Positions 63,832 through 64,000 of a stretch of 64,000 bases of DNA are shown here, in pieces. A program made the position numbers and the translations under genes. The DNA lies in the IMG/VR virus record IMGVR_UViG_3300042479_000799, positions 18,197 through 82,196 of that record, one strand, 5' to 3'. Below the pieces are notes generated by a model. The model was not told where the DNA came from. It saw nothing but the letters and a program-made list of their open reading frames with translations, and searched no databases. The DNA is from a virus. Lineage: Duplodnaviria > Caudoviricetes. Position 1 is the stretch's first letter; the number at the start of each line of letters is the position of its first letter.

Positions 63832-64000
63832 ATGTTTTAATTAAATTTATCCATTAACGGGTGATATTCTACTTTACGACGACTGTACCGTTTTTCAGTC
63901 GCTGAAATTGGTTCACAAACAAACATTTCATTGTTAAATTTAACCAATACACTGTTATAATGATATTCAAACAACATAACTTCAATAGCTGGTTTGATTT

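Noticed and set aside
1-64000. Stop-codon reassignment (code 15 or 4), common in some huge phages
   Set aside because: Known enzymes (ThyA, ligases, Gmd) are full length in the standard code, coding density is high, and no suppressor tRNA is present.
1-64000. CRISPR array
   Set aside because: No regularly spaced 25-45 bp repeats with unique spacers; repeats seen are terminators, a tRNA duplication and intragenic units.

Overview
AT-rich (about 70% by eye), gene-dense segment of a large lytic dsDNA tailed phage (jumbo/huge-phage type), read with the standard code. No rRNA, CRISPR array or integrase was seen. 1-9 kb holds glycosyltransferases and late/virion genes, including a modular protein ending in a SleB-type cell-wall hydrolase. 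9-40 kb is an accessory/metabolic region: SF2 helicase, gmd, iscU, thyA, folA, dCMP deaminase, ATP-dependent DNA ligase, two RNA ligases with a kinase and phosphoesterases, a TrmH-type methylase, a prepilin-like protein and many small ORFs behind sigma70-like promoters. 42.2-45.7 kb is a minus-strand RNA cluster of 12 tRNA/tRNA-like genes, several non-canonical, with two candidate structured ncRNAs and a dual-HNH gene bracketed by an intact and a decayed tRNA-Arg. 46-64 kb is a late-type block: an Acb1-like 2H phosphoesterase, a PcfJ-like protein, four tandem LRR paralogues, an amidoligase-like protein and an ankyrin-class III nucleotide cyclase fusion. Two window-wide patterns stand out: a TATTTATA motif 3-7 nt before many ATGs, and a shared N-terminal leader ending in (I/L)xE on otherwise unrelated proteins, suggesting a protease-processed virion-cargo tagging system. 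Several genes look borrowed from PVC-superphylum (Verrucomicrobia-like) bacteria. All calls come from motif recognition by eye; no searches were run.
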